Assembly (NCBI GenBank): GCA_963681965.1
Contig: OY820579.1
Location: 1,344,001-1,408,000 of the forward strand
Source of the DNA: a bacterium
GTDB lineage: Bacteria; Electryoneota; JAOADG01
Length of the DNA: 64,000 nucleotides
Reading direction: 5' to 3'
The stretch's first letter is position 1; every line of letters begins with the position of its first letter. Positions 1-11,029 of this stretch are shown here, piece after piece. The notes under the pieces are model-generated. The model was not told where the DNA came from, searched no databases, and saw only the letters and a list, made by a program, of their open reading frames with translations. Both the position numbers and the translations under genes were made by a program.

Positions 1-1432
1 CTCCAATTGAAACCCAACGATATTCGGGAATGAGCGTCGCCAAAACAGCCCCTGTTATACCAATAAGAATCCCAATCGAGATAAAAGCTAATCTTGTCTT
101 TTCTTGCTTCAATTGTTGTGTTTTACCATCCAGCAAATTCGCATCGAGTTCGCGTTTTTGTTGTTCCAGATTTCGTTTGGATTCGATATAATGAGCGATT
201 TTTTCCATTGAAGTGAGAATCGCTATCTCGTCTTCGGAACTAAGCGAGATCCATTTCTGCTCGGCTAACTCGAATTGTGTTGGTTCAATTCCCTGTGATT
301 GTAGTCTTGATTCAACTCCACTGAGTTGAAGTTGGAGGGTTTGCCGATCGCGTAAATATTCGGAATACGAAGCTCGCAATCCCGTCAGTGTGTCGTGTTG
401 AGTTGTTGTCGCTTTATCGATTCCCGCTAGTCCGATTTGTTCCTGACGGTTTCGTTCCTCTTTTTTGATCGACAATAAAACCGCTTCATCGGTCCGAACT
501 GTGTCGGTCAAATCTTTAAGTCGAATGAGGTTGTCATCGATCGGTCGTGCTAATTCAAGCGGAATTCTAGCAAACTCATCAAGTAATTCGATCCGATTTC
601 GGCATTTTTCCCATTCTTGATAGACCCGTTCCGATTGTTCCACCATCTCCCGTACTTGGTCATACTCACGGGCATCCTGTAATTTTCGCATCGCATTGGC
701 GGCTTGATCGAGGTACGACATCCGCTGTTCGATCGCTTGTTCTCGATCCAATAGGTGCAGGCACCGCTCCCGCTCAGTCTCTCGTTCGACGATGGCGTCC
801 CGGCAGCGAGCGATTTCTTGCTCGAGCTGGGTAATTTCATAGCCGATCTTTGCACCCTTCGAGATTTTTGGGAATGGGTATTTTGTTAGCGATTCTTCCA
901 GCACTGAAATTGCGCTGGTCACAGTATTGTCGCCTGCTGCCGAAGTGGCGATCCGTTGGATTGTGTTGGTGAGTGACTTTCGATCGTCCGATAAAGTCAT
1001 TTCCGATTGCGGAATAAACATCGTTTGCAATGCTTCGGAAGATGTTAATCCAGTGATTGTTTCACCGATTAAGTCTTTTCGACCGGGCATGAATTGTGAG
1101 GTTAAATCTTCGAATGTGTTGGCATCGGATACCCGGGTTGTTCGCTTACTTCCAAATTCGCGTGTGATCCGAACCAGCCGATCGCCGGTGTGCAGAGTGA
1201 GTGACGTTCGAAACGGTTTTCCATCCCACGGAAGGTACCGGTTCGCGATCCGATAAAGATCTTTATCGCGATTGCCATCCGGAACACCGAACAGCGTAAA
1301 GAAAAGCGCATTGGCTAGAGTTGATTTACCAGCTTCGTTGCGGTCAACCATCAATACAAGGGATTCCTGCGGGAACTTGATCGTTCCCGAAACGGAACCA
1401 AATCCTTCAATATCAAGTTGAACGAGACGCAT
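1..1432 (-). CDS. SMC/Rad50-like (YhaN/AAA_27-type) ATPase with long coiled coil and a hydrophobic segment; 3' end runs off the window
   Basis: Not in the ORF track because no stop falls in the window. Hand translation from ATG 1432 gives MRLVQLDIEGFGSVSGTIKFPQESLVLMVDRNEAGKSTLANALF (Walker A NEAGKST). The frame stays open to position 1, with an E/Q/R-rich coiled coil followed by LAFISIGILIGITGAVLATLI. Confidence 0.85.
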   Translation of the reverse strand, partial: MRLVQLDIEGFGSVSGTIKFPQESLVLMVDRNEAGKSTLANALFFTLFGVPDGNRDKDLYRIANRYLPWDGKPFRTSLTLHTGDRLVRITREFGSKRTTRVSDANTFEDLTSQFMPGRKDLIGETITGLTSSEALQTMFIPQSEMTLSDDRKSLTNTIQRIATSAAGDNTVTSAISVLEESLTKYPFPKISKGAKIGYEITQLEQEIARCRDAIVERETERERCLHLLDREQAIEQRMSYLDQAANAMRKLQDAREYDQVREMVEQSERVYQEWEKCRNRIELLDEFARIPLELARPIDDNLIRLKDLTDTVRTDEAVLLSIKKEERNRQEQIGLAGIDKATTTQHDTLTGLRASYSEYLRDRQTLQLQLSGVESRLQSQGIEPTQFELAEQKWISLSSEDEIAILTSMEKIAHYIESKRNLEQQKRELDANLLDGKTQQLKQEKTRLAFISIGILIGITGAVLATLIPEYRWVSIG

Positions 1433-1467
1433 ATCTATCGCATAATCACTAATATAAAATTCGATTG

Positions 1468-2331
1468 CTATTCGTTATTGGCTGTATAAGTATAGCTGAT
1501 CCAGTGTGAAACGTTGCTCGGATCGTCGGAAAATCGTCGAATCGAGTATCCGAGTACCAGTCCAGTGCTTTCTGTGGAATAAGCCGCGCCGGCAGTTTCG
1601 CCAATGTGTCCCTGTTCCATAAATCGACCAATCCGAACGGCGGTGTTGTCCAATAACTGGTAATTCAGTCCATAGCCCCAAGTCTTTTTTCCCTGACTGA
1701 TCATATGTTTCCCGACCAGATCTTGAGTAGAAGATCCGGCTGTTACTAATAAATCAGTAAGTTGAAGAGCGACACCTGCTTCAAATTTTCGGGGTTCGGT
1801 GATGGTCCGCATTCCACATAAATTCCGAGCGGCACCTCCAATGCGGAAATTACCCAATGGGAGTAAAAAGCCAACGTCGAGCGAAAAGCCATAGACCCAC
1901 CCGTGACCTTTACCGTTTTGTTCCCAGATCAATTTGGCGCCGGCACCAATCGGTAATCCAAATTTCTTGTCAGTGAGCGCGAAAATTGCTTGTGATGACC
2001 GAACCTCGGACGTATCAACGGTGATTTTACGGCGCAAAAACATCAATCCGACAGCACTTGAACCCGTTTCACCCGGTTTTCGAACCGCGACCCCCCACGT
2101 TGTCGGCCACATTGCAGTCGAGTCTGTAGCGAATGCTTCAATTTGCATTTGACCATCGCTTGCCGCAGTGGCGGGATTGTAATAAATCGCCGATGGATCG
2201 ATCGAAAGTGCCGCAGCATGAGCACCCATAGCAACGATTCTACCGCCAACGACCGGTTGGGCAAAGGCTGAGGTAAGGCTGATTGCAATCAAAAACGCAA
2301 AATAGAGACAGTTTTTCATAGATTCTTTCAT
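1468..2331 (-). CDS. Secreted outer-membrane beta-barrel protein, PorV/PorQ/FadL-like
   Basis: Signal peptide (SAFA-Q), AMG..A...D.SAIYYNPA motif, alternating beta-strand pattern, aromatic C-terminal strand WISYTY. Confidence 0.6.
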   Translation of the reverse strand: MKESMKNCLYFAFLIAISLTSAFAQPVVGGRIVAMGAHAAALSIDPSAIYYNPATAASDGQMQIEAFATDSTAMWPTTWGVAVRKPGETGSSAVGLMFLRRKITVDTSEVRSSQAIFALTDKKFGLPIGAGAKLIWEQNGKGHGWVYGFSLDVGFLLPLGNFRIGGAARNLCGMRTITEPRKFEAGVALQLTDLLVTAGSSTQDLVGKHMISQGKKTWGYGLNYQLLDNTAVRIGRFMEQGHIGETAGAAYSTESTGLVLGYSIRRFSDDPSNVSHWISYTYTANNE

Positions 2332-2440
2332 TTCAAACGGTATATTCGATAACTAAATGTAAGGTAGTACTCGATGATGAGTTTGGCAACGTTTTGCACC
2401 AGTTTTGGGAGACCGCTTTTCAGTCGCTACATTTCGTACT

Positions 2441-3823
2441 ATGAATGAATTGTTCCCCGATCTTCTACCTGAAATTCCCCGCGCTTTCGTTGAACCGGCA
2501 GTGGATGCTCCGCTAGCTGAACGGATGCGCCCTCGAACGTTGGATCAATTCGTCGGTCAGCAGCATTTGGTCGGTCCTAACGCGGTTATGCGAAAACTTA
2601 TTGCTCGTGGGAAACCGATTTCGCTGCTCTTTTGGGGTGATCCCGGGATCGGCAAAACCACATTGGCACGGTTGTTAGCCAACACCTTCGACCGGGAATT
2701 TGTCCAGATGTCCGCAGTTCAGGTGGGATTGTCCGAAGTACGGGCGGTAATTGCCCGGGCACGAGCGCTATCTGCCACGGGTCGGGGATTGGTTTTGTTC
2801 CTCGATGAAATACACCGCTTCAATAAAGCTCAGCAGGATGCCCTCCTACCGGCGGTAGAAGAGGGTTCGGTGGTATTAATCGGTGCAACGACCGAAAACC
2901 CCTCATTCGAAGTGATTGGCGCGCTTCTGTCCCGTTGCCGGATACTTCGGTTCTATCCCCTGAAAAAAGAAGATTTGGATCAATTACTTACTCGTGCTCT
3001 GGTGGAAGACACTGTTTTAAGCAAATGGTCGATTCAAATCGAACCGGAAGCCCGTGAAGCCCTGCTCGATTTGTCCGGTGGCGATGCCCGATCATTCTTG
3101 AATACGGTCGAATTGGCATTCGAATTATCAGCATCGGGAAAACCTGAAGCCAGTGAAGTGTTGATCGATCAAGCAGTTGTTGCGCAAGCAGCCTTGGAAC
3201 GAGCAGCTAAATATGACAAAGCAGGCGAGCAACACTACGATCTGATCAGCGCATTTATTAAATCGGTGCGGGGGAGCGATCCCGATGCCGCAATCTATTA
3301 CATGGCTCGGATGCTAGCAGGTGGGGAGGATCCGCTGTTTATTGCCCGACGGTTGATTGTACTTGCGAGTGAAGATATTGGCAACGCTCAACCGTTGGCA
3401 CTGCTTGTCGCTACCAATGCATTCGATGCCGTACACCGCATTGGCATGCCCGAAGCGCGCATCGTATTGGCACAAGCAGTTACCTATCTTGCTACTTGTC
3501 CCAAATCAAATGCTAGCTATATGGCAATTTCCGCAGCTCAAGCCGAAGTCGAAACTTCCGGCGACTTGCCCGTACCATTGCACCTGAGAAATGCACCCAC
3601 TTCATTGATGAAACAAATGGGGTACTCCGAAGGTTATAAATACGATCACGATTTTGGCGGTTTTTCCGGACAGCAGCATTTACCGGATGCAATTGCCGAT
3701 CGGGTTTTCTATCTTCCAAGGGCAATCGGTGCTGAAGCAAAAATCGCCGAGCGAATGCGCCAGCTTTGGACTGAACGGTATCCAAAAGATCAATCCAATC
3801 AACCGACAGAGGATGCGCAGTAA
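2441..3823 (+). CDS. rarA: Replication-associated recombination protein A (AAA+ ATPase)
   Basis: PLAERMRP, Walker [67 protein letters not shown] 2441 preferred over TTG 2405. Confidence 0.95.
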   Translation: MNELFPDLLPEIPRAFVEPAVDAPLAERMRPRTLDQFVGQQHLVGPNAVMRKLIARGKPISLLFWGDPGIGKTTLARLLANTFDREFVQMSAVQVGLSEVRAVIARARALSATGRGLVLFLDEIHRFNKAQQDALLPAVEEGSVVLIGATTENPSFEVIGALLSRCRILRFYPLKKEDLDQLLTRALVEDTVLSKWSIQIEPEAREALLDLSGGDARSFLNTVELAFELSASGKPEASEVLIDQAVVAQAALERAAKYDKAGEQHYDLISAFIKSVRGSDPDAAIYYMARMLAGGEDPLFIARRLIVLASEDIGNAQPLALLVATNAFDAVHRIGMPEARIVLAQAVTYLATCPKSNASYMAISAAQAEVETSGDLPVPLHLRNAPTSLMKQMGYSEGYKYDHDFGGFSGQQHLPDAIADRVFYLPRAIGAEAKIAERMRQLWTERYPKDQSNQPTEDAQ

Positions 3824-6711
3824 TGAATCATTTTGCCAAGACGCATCCTACTAAGATTTTTCAGAATCGCAGTTTTGAACTCTGGCTGATCGCTGTCATA
3901 ATTATCATCAATTGCTCGTTTGTTTTCGCCCAACCGAAAGTAATCAAAAACACTCTGGTAGCGAATCCCGATACCAGCAAAACACCTATCATAGTTGATT
4001 CCACCAAAGTGATCACACCGAAGATTTTTACGATTGTTTCCGATACTGCGAAAACAAAACCCGACTCACTTAAGGCCGATAGTCTCAAGAAAAAATCGGA
4101 TCTCGATACAACCGTGACCTATAGTGCCGATCGTATCGATTTGGATGCAAAAGAAAAAATTTCGATCCTCACCGGAAAAGCGATTGTTCGATACAAATTA
4201 ATGGAACTTCGGGCATACCGCATTCGAGTCGACTGGAAACGCGACATGGTGTATGCCGAAGGTCGACCGGATACGCTCTGGACCGACACGACGGCAACCA
4301 AAATCGACACTGTCGTGTTTGTCGATACTCCGCTCTTTCTCGATCGATCTTCCGCTTCGGATAGTCTCCGGGGTTTGACGATGGAAATGAATTTGAAAAC
4401 GCAACGCGGACGTGTCTTTACGGGTGCTTCGGCGAATAATCAGGGGCATTATCGCGGGGAAGTATTGAAGCGCATGGAACCGCAAGTGATGTATGTGAAG
4501 TCGGGTGACTTTACTTCTTGCGATCAGAATCCCCCGCATTTCCATTTTCACTCCACTGCAATGAAGATGGTCTATAAAGACAAGTTGATCGCTCGACCAG
4601 TCTACCTCTACTTTGGTGAAGTACCGGTCGCCGCGTTACCGTACGGTATTTTCTCGATGAAGCCGGGTCGGCATAGTGGTTTGGTTGTTCCTACTTATGG
4701 TGAATCGGCTTCCCGCGGTCGTTACTTCGAGCACCTCGGATATTATTGGGCACCTAGTGATTATTGGGATTCCAAAGTCACCATGAGTTACTATGAACAA
4801 GCCGGAACGCTCTGGCGTATAGACAACAACTATGCCGTGCGCTACAAACTGAATGGGTCGGTATACGGCAGCTACTCAAACTTGGATGGATTGTCACACT
4901 GGGATGCTCACTGGAGTCATGCCCAACCGATCGATCCTACCCTCTATGTCAGCGGTAATGTGAATTACGTGAGTGACGAATCATTCCGGAATTATTACTC
5001 CCAATCGCTGGATGAGCGGTTAAACCAGGAAGTTCAATCCAACCTAAGTTTGTCGAAAAACTGGGTCGATAGCCGTGCTTCACTCTCTGCCGGTTTCTCG
5101 GGACGTCAGAATATTCAAACTCGAAATTACGATATTACCTATCCCTCGCTCTCGTTTCGGTGGGGAACTGGACCGATCTTTCCCAAAGCCCGACGTGACG
5201 TCCTAGAGGGTTTTGGTGGACCTCCAAAGAAGTCGGAAACTGGCGAATCGCAAGGCATAGAAAGTAACGCTAACGAACCTAGTTTTTGGGAGACATTCAC
5301 TTACGATTACAACATGCAGTTAACCAATAGTGAAACGGGAGTTCTTCAACAAAATTTATATCGACCTGATTCGAGCTTGTACAATCACTGGGAGCGCGTC
5401 AAATCGCAGCGGGTGCTCCATACGTCGAATTGGAATGCTCCATTCAAAATGCTGAAATACTTCACGGTAAATCCCAATCTTCATATTTCTCACGATTGGG
5501 TGCCAGAATTAACGAAATACTCGATTGTCTCGGTCGATAGCAACCAAAATGCGATTCTCGACTCTACCAAAAACCGCGGCTTCTTTACCCGAACCACCTT
5601 TAATACCGGTATTGGTATCGGTACAAAGTTGTATGGATTTTTCGATCCCAAAGGATTATTGGGATTAACTGGCATTCGTCATGTGCTAACACCGGGGATT
5701 GGATTGAATTACACCCCGAACTTCGCCGATCGACAATTTGGTTATATGCAACGACTGACCAATCCTGCGACAGGTGAAGAAATTGTGAGGGATCCTTGGG
5801 TCAGATCGGGTGCTGGTGCAACCGGAAGAAATAAATCGGTGAATATGAGCCTGAATCTTGATAACATCTTTCAAGCACGGTACGAATCGGGTGACGAAAC
5901 CAAGAAAATCGACCTCTTTACTTGGAACCTCTCGACAAGTTGTAACTTGATGGCGGATTCATTGCAATGGGCGCCGATCAACATGAGTTGGCGTGCAACG
6001 CCATTTTCCGGTGGATCGGGATTGATTTCCAGTGTCGGTGTCGACATCAGTTCGACCTACAGTTTATACAAACACGATTATTACAACGAAACAGATCTGT
6101 ATGGTCACGAAGTAAATCAATATGTCTGGGATTTTCCCCATTCGTTGTCGCCATTCCGGTTTACCAATGGCTCGGCAAATCTTTCATTCCAGTGGCAGAA
6201 ACCCAAACCAAGCAATACCCCTTCGATACCAGATACGACCAAACTTCAACCGTCATCGGATCTTCCGCAATTGCCTAATCAACAACAACGGTATATCGAT
6301 CCCTACACTGGTGAAGATACCCGTGCTTTTGGCGATAGTCGATCAATGGTCGCAGCGCTGGAATCGAGTTGGAGTGGTTCGACCGGGTTACAGTTATCTA
6401 CCAATCGCAATAGTCCGCGAGTGATCACGAATGTTGCGACGCTGATTAGCTCGATTAGCCTCAGTATTACCCCAACATGGTCGATCAGTACCGGCGTGAA
6501 TTTCGATCTTGTTACGCACGAAGTAAATGCATCTAAGATCGTGACCCGGAAAGATTTACACTGTTGGGAAATCAATTTTGAATGGAACCCGCGCGGCGCA
6601 TCGCAGGGTTTCATGCTGCGAATTAATCCTAAGAGCACAGACCTACGCGATCTAAAACTGGAAAAGAAGCTTGGGTATAGCAGCTCCAGTGGTTCGCTCT
6701 TTGGCTGGTAA
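3823..6711 (+). CDS. lptD: Putative LPS-assembly outer-membrane protein, LptD family (FCB type)
   Basis: OstA-like N-domain (TVTYSADRI, FTSCD..PHFHF), RHSGLVVPTYGES..RG, large beta-barrel, C-terminal KDLHCWE motif. Confidence 0.8.
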   Translation: MNHFAKTHPTKIFQNRSFELWLIAVIIIINCSFVFAQPKVIKNTLVANPDTSKTPIIVDSTKVITPKIFTIVSDTAKTKPDSLKADSLKKKSDLDTTVTYSADRIDLDAKEKISILTGKAIVRYKLMELRAYRIRVDWKRDMVYAEGRPDTLWTDTTATKIDTVVFVDTPLFLDRSSASDSLRGLTMEMNLKTQRGRVFTGASANNQGHYRGEVLKRMEPQVMYVKSGDFTSCDQNPPHFHFHSTAMKMVYKDKLIARPVYLYFGEVPVAALPYGIFSMKPGRHSGLVVPTYGESASRGRYFEHLGYYWAPSDYWDSKVTMSYYEQAGTLWRIDNNYAVRYKLNGSVYGSYSNLDGLSHWDAHWSHAQPIDPTLYVSGNVNYVSDESFRNYYSQSLDERLNQEVQSNLSLSKNWVDSRASLSAGFSGRQNIQTRNYDITYPSLSFRWGTGPIFPKARRDVLEGFGGPPKKSETGESQGIESNANEPSFWETFTYDYNMQLTNSETGVLQQNLYRPDSSLYNHWERVKSQRVLHTSNWNAPFKMLKYFTVNPNLHISHDWVPELTKYSIVSVDSNQNAILDSTKNRGFFTRTTFNTGIGIGTKLYGFFDPKGLLGLTGIRHVLTPGIGLNYTPNFADRQFGYMQRLTNPATGEEIVRDPWVRSGAGATGRNKSVNMSLNLDNIFQARYESGDETKKIDLFTWNLSTSCNLMADSLQWAPINMSWRATPFSGGSGLISSVGVDISSTYSLYKHDYYNETDLYGHEVNQYVWDFPHSLSPFRFTNGSANLSFQWQKPKPSNTPSIPDTTKLQPSSDLPQLPNQQQRYIDPYTGEDTRAFGDSRSMVAALESSWSGSTGLQLSTNRNSPRVITNVATLISSISLSITPTWSISTGVNFDLVTHEVNASKIVTRKDLHCWEINFEWNPRGASQGFMLRINPKSTDLRDLKLEKKLGYSSSSGSLFGW

Positions 6712-6805
6712 TTCGAAATATTTTCGGGAATAACCACTTTTACCTTGATACCGCAGATTGGGTAGAGTAATTTGTTGGTTACGGATAAATTGAAAGGAGT
6801 TCACT

Positions 6806-7876
6806 TTGTCACACGATAAAACACTTCAATCGTACTTATCGGCAGAAGATCAATCCTTGCTTACTCACACTTGCCGTACGATTCCTAAAGAAATGATTTC
6901 GTTACCGGGATCGGATTATCTTGATCGTACCCTTGTCTATTCCGACCGCAATCCTCAAGTATTACGCAGTCTGAATCAACTCTTTTCCAACGGCAGATTG
7001 GCGAATACTGGCTATCTTTCGATCCTACCAGTAGACCAAGGGATTGAGCATTCCGGTGGCGCATCGTTTGCCCCCAATCCAATCTATTTCGATGGAAAAA
7101 ACATCGTTGAGTTGGCGATCGAAGGTGGTTGCAACGCCGTTGCTTCGACCTATGGTGTATTGGGAAGTGTCGCTCGTAAATTTGCGCACAAGATCCCCTT
7201 TATCGTAAAGATCAACCACAATGAACTATTGACCTATCCCAACAAGTTCGATCAGATTCTTTTTGGAACCATCGAAGAAGCTTGGAACATGGGAGCGGTT
7301 GCGGTTGGTGCAACGATTTATTTTGGTTCACCCGAGTCGGCACGGCAAATCGTGGAAGTCGCACAAGCCTTCCAAATGGCGCATCAACGAGGTATGGCAA
7401 CGGTGTTGTGGTGTTACCTTCGGAATAACGCATTCAAGACGGATAAAGATTATCATGTATCTGCCGATCTAACCGGTCAGGCAAACCATCTTGGTGTCAC
7501 GATCGAAGCCGATCTGATTAAGCAAAAGCTACCGGAAAACAACGGTGGATTTGCTGCGTTGAATATGGGTGACTCGAGCTACGGTAAATTCGACAAACGA
7601 ATCTATACCGAACTTGCCAGCGACAACCCGATCGATCTGACCCGGTACCAAGTAGCAAATTGTTATATGGGTCGCATCGGTTTAATCAATTCCGGTGGTC
7701 CTTCTGGCAAAAACGATTATGGTGAAGCCGTTAGAACCGCAATTATCAATAAGCGTGCCGGTGGAACGGGTCTGATTTCGGGTCGAAAAGCATTTCAGAA
7801 ACCGATGGCAGATGGCGTGAAGCTCTTGAATATTATTCAAGATGTTTATCTCTCGTCGGAAATCACGATCGCCTGA
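6806..7876 (+). CDS. fbaB: Class I fructose-bisphosphate aldolase (DhnA/FbaB type)
   Basis: [29 protein letters not shown] (Schiff-base Lys), [20 protein letters not shown]; TTG start preceded by AAAGGAG. Confidence 0.95.
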   Translation: MSHDKTLQSYLSAEDQSLLTHTCRTIPKEMISLPGSDYLDRTLVYSDRNPQVLRSLNQLFSNGRLANTGYLSILPVDQGIEHSGGASFAPNPIYFDGKNIVELAIEGGCNAVASTYGVLGSVARKFAHKIPFIVKINHNELLTYPNKFDQILFGTIEEAWNMGAVAVGATIYFGSPESARQIVEVAQAFQMAHQRGMATVLWCYLRNNAFKTDKDYHVSADLTGQANHLGVTIEADLIKQKLPENNGGFAALNMGDSSYGKFDKRIYTELASDNPIDLTRYQVANCYMGRIGLINSGGPSGKNDYGEAVRTAIINKRAGGTGLISGRKAFQKPMADGVKLLNIIQDVYLSSEITIA

Positions 7877-7962
7877 CAAATTGTGTCGCTCTTATCGTCT
7901 CTGCTCGTGCTGTACTGGTCAGTCAGCAAAATGTTTGTAGTATCACTTAACTTGAAGTGGCA

Positions 7963-9741
7963 ATGAAGAAATTCGCAGTCGCAACTAGATCATTTTGGAC
8001 ACTATTATTGGCGGGTATCGTTTTATTGCCGATACTGCTAGGTTGTCCAAGTTCGAAAACGGAGTATTTTCCCGATTCCGGTCCTGTGATCCGCTGGGTA
8101 GTTGTAACACCTGCTTTTACAATTCTACCCCCGAATGGTCGAGTTCAACTTCAAGCGAAAGTATACGCTGCCGACAGCACGATCTTGACCGACCGTCATG
8201 TGGCTTGGACAGTGGGAAATACCAATATTGCTACGATTTCTAGTACGGGACTGGTCTCGGCGGGATTGGAACGAGGAAACACGTATATCAGTGCCACACT
8301 CGAAGGTGTGACATCCAATTTAGCGATCATTAATGTCGCGTACCCACCATCTTCACTGGCAGTATCACCTGATTCTGCTTCGTTATTGGTTGGTGGTACA
8401 GTTCAGTTGCAATGGACATTTCGCGATTCGACATCGTCGGTGTTAAATCTAGTTCCCACTTTCACCTCATCCAATCCTGTGTCGGTGCTGGTGGATCCAT
8501 CAGGACTGGTGACTGCCCGTCAACAAGGGATGTCTTACATCGTTGCTTCGTACAATCAGCTTCGAGATACGACAATTGTTCGAGTGAATACTGTATTCGA
8601 TTCACTTCGAATCGTTCCCAATTCTGTTGATTTGAATGTCGGTTCGTCGGCATTGCTTTCGGCAATCGCATGGTTCCAAATGCATGCTTACTACCCGACC
8701 GCAGTACAGTGGAACTCACAGAATTCCGCCATCGCACGAGTGAGTCAACAAGGTGTCGTAACAGGTGTTGATACCGGAACAACAACAGTAAATGCTGCAT
8801 TCGGCAATTTGATTGCCCCACCGATAACCGTACGGGTTACGGGTATGTCGATACGGGCACAGTCGTTGCTTGTTGCGGATGCCGATTCGCTTTGGATGAT
8901 CGATATTCAATCGCGCCGGTTTCGAACTTTACAGTTGGTCGATTATCGTATTCGATCGATCAATCGAAGTGATCAGACACATCCAATTGCACTATTGGAT
9001 GAAAATCGGACAATCCATTTCATCGATCCGCTTACTAGCGCTTACGTTGGCGAGTCGGATGGATGGATGGTTGATAGCAACACGATTGGCTGGTCGAATA
9101 ACTCCGATCGATTGCTTGCGAAAGCGACGGATGGACAGATTCACGAACTGAATATTTCTTCATTCACGCACCGACGATTGTTGCCGGATTCGATTATTAC
9201 AACCGATTACCGATTTTCGTCTCGTCCATTTATTGATGACACGACTTGGTTAATTGCCGCAAAAGTGAATAACACGTGGAATTACTATGCGATCGGCTTT
9301 TCCGGTACGATCATTGCCTCGTCGGTGGTAAATGGACAACCGACCGGACCGATAAATGTCAACGATCTTGGATTTGCAGTCGACCTCGAGCGAATACATC
9401 CAACACGCATCACGATAGTGAACAATGCAATTATTCAAACTCCTGATTTCGATCTGACAATTCCGGATGATTATACTGAATGGGTATCGGTGTCGCAATC
9501 CGGATTGATCGCACTTGCCCGTCGTGCTTCAGGAGTGCTGTCGTATTTTACTTTCTCTTCATCAAGTATTCAATTCAGAATCAGAGTATCGGGAAATTAT
9601 CAAGGGTATTCAATTAATGAAGATCCCGAAACACTATATATAATCAACAACAATCGGATCCTTCGAATGGTTCCGGAACAGGATCCTGAACCATACACTT
9701 GGATTTCGTCGGGTGCTACAATTCTGGCGATTGAACGGTAA
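7963..9741 (+). CDS. Lipoprotein with three bacterial Ig-like (Big_2) domains and a C-terminal beta-rich domain
   Basis: Lipobox LLGC; three repeats of V.P....L..G..VQL...W.S.N..IA.V...G.VT....G.T.I.A. Confidence 0.75.
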   Translation: MKKFAVATRSFWTLLLAGIVLLPILLGCPSSKTEYFPDSGPVIRWVVVTPAFTILPPNGRVQLQAKVYAADSTILTDRHVAWTVGNTNIATISSTGLVSAGLERGNTYISATLEGVTSNLAIINVAYPPSSLAVSPDSASLLVGGTVQLQWTFRDSTSSVLNLVPTFTSSNPVSVLVDPSGLVTARQQGMSYIVASYNQLRDTTIVRVNTVFDSLRIVPNSVDLNVGSSALLSAIAWFQMHAYYPTAVQWNSQNSAIARVSQQGVVTGVDTGTTTVNAAFGNLIAPPITVRVTGMSIRAQSLLVADADSLWMIDIQSRRFRTLQLVDYRIRSINRSDQTHPIALLDENRTIHFIDPLTSAYVGESDGWMVDSNTIGWSNNSDRLLAKATDGQIHELNISSFTHRRLLPDSIITTDYRFSSRPFIDDTTWLIAAKVNNTWNYYAIGFSGTIIASSVVNGQPTGPINVNDLGFAVDLERIHPTRITIVNNAIIQTPDFDLTIPDDYTEWVSVSQSGLIALARRASGVLSYFTFSSSSIQFRIRVSGNYQGYSINEDPETLYIINNNRILRMVPEQDPEPYTWISSGATILAIER

Positions 9742-9757
9742 GTAAATTTAATCGAAT

Positions 9758-9796
9758 AAACAGACAGGTCGGGAATATTCCCGACCTTTCTGTTTT
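9758..9796. terminator. Probable bidirectional intrinsic terminator between convergent genes
   Basis: AAACAGACAGGTCGGGAATATTCCCGACCTTTCTGTTTT: palindromic stem with A and T tails. Confidence 0.7.
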
Positions 9797-9817
9797 GCAG
9801 AACCCTCAATTCAGTGA

Positions 9818-10258
9818 TCAAACGAAGTGACGTACTAAAAAAAAGTAGGCAATCACCAAACCGATTATCCAAGTTCCGATAACTAATACAAAACCCGTCG
9901 ATTTCCATTTATTCAGAAGTACTCTATCATCCTCGATCAATTTTGTATTATACTCGCTGATTAACTCGAGTGGGATTAACTTCCATGCTAAAAATAGTAT
10001 CGCAGGTATCAGTACCAGATCGTCTAAGATCCCCAAAACCGGAATGAAATCGGGAATTAAATCGATCGGACTAACTGCATAAGCAATTGCTAGAACAAGA
10101 AGAAGGCGTGCCAGTAGCGGCGTTAATGGATCAGATAATAAACATCCAGCAAGAATCAATTTCTTACGAACGATCTTCGCTTTCCGCGAGATCTGTTGCT
10201 TGATCGTGAGGTTATCGCGATCGGCTTTGCAGGGAAGATCATCATGTATTGGTTCCAT
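9818..10258 (-). CDS. YkvA / DUF1232 family membrane protein
   Basis: YAVSPIDLIPDFIPVLGILDD signature. ATG 10258 chosen; the track gives 10279. Confidence 0.9.
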   Translation of the reverse strand: MEPIHDDLPCKADRDNLTIKQQISRKAKIVRKKLILAGCLLSDPLTPLLARLLLVLAIAYAVSPIDLIPDFIPVLGILDDLVLIPAILFLAWKLIPLELISEYNTKLIEDDRVLLNKWKSTGFVLVIGTWIIGLVIAYFFLVRHFV

Positions 10259-10265
10259 CAATGAA

Positions 10266-10733
10266 TCATCCACCGGCACGCTTCACTTTGGCGTTCAATT
10301 TCGATAGTTCGGTAATGGTTCGATCGCGGACATCACCCTGTAACAATAGCACCGGTTCATTTTCTACCGCTTCCAAACTACCACCGATTCCCAACCGACT
10401 TTTTAACAAGTGCAACAAACGGTGAGCTTCGGAATGGTCAAGCTTTAAGTTGGAAATCAATGTGACGGTTTTACCGGCATGCCCTTTGGAACTCCGCATG
10501 ATGATCGCAAGCTGTCCACTCAAATTGATCCGGTGATTCTTGCCGTGCAGGTTGGAATTATTCCCTGAAGCGGGAAGATCGTGATGATTCAGTTCAATTC
10601 CCGGAGGTGATTCCGGTTCGCGGAGGTGATTGAGCGCGGCAAACGGTCGGTCATCGGGAGCGATTGTTCCGACGGAAAATACTCTAGTGCTAGGTTTTTC
10701 CTCGTGTTTAGGCGATTTCGGATTGGTTTTCAT
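10266..10733 (-). CDS. SUI1/YciH translation-initiation-factor-like protein with N-terminal extension
   Basis: KGHAGKTVTLI, LKSRLGIGGS, LLQGDVRDR, C-terminal KRAGG. Confidence 0.8.
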   Translation of the reverse strand: MKTNPKSPKHEEKPSTRVFSVGTIAPDDRPFAALNHLREPESPPGIELNHHDLPASGNNSNLHGKNHRINLSGQLAIIMRSSKGHAGKTVTLISNLKLDHSEAHRLLHLLKSRLGIGGSLEAVENEPVLLLQGDVRDRTITELSKLNAKVKRAGG

Positions 10734-11029
10734 ATTCGCCTCCTAATTCGTCGTAAATTGATTCTTCGTTATAATGATAACGATTCCTTGACAAGCTCAC
10801 AATGATTTTTTTATCATTCGGTGACGAAGATTGGTGATAGCGATCAGAAAGTTGGAAGACGCGCTTAGAAACATGACCAACACCCATCCGATATGATCCG
10901 TAATTAATGACCGCAATTTTCGTTGTTGCCTACTCGCACTGAAAAATCGTTTGGTTTGAAGAATATAAGTTTTTGAGACAGACCCTACGCCGGGTCTGTC
11001 TCTCTCTCTCAGATCCCTTCGGAGTTCTA

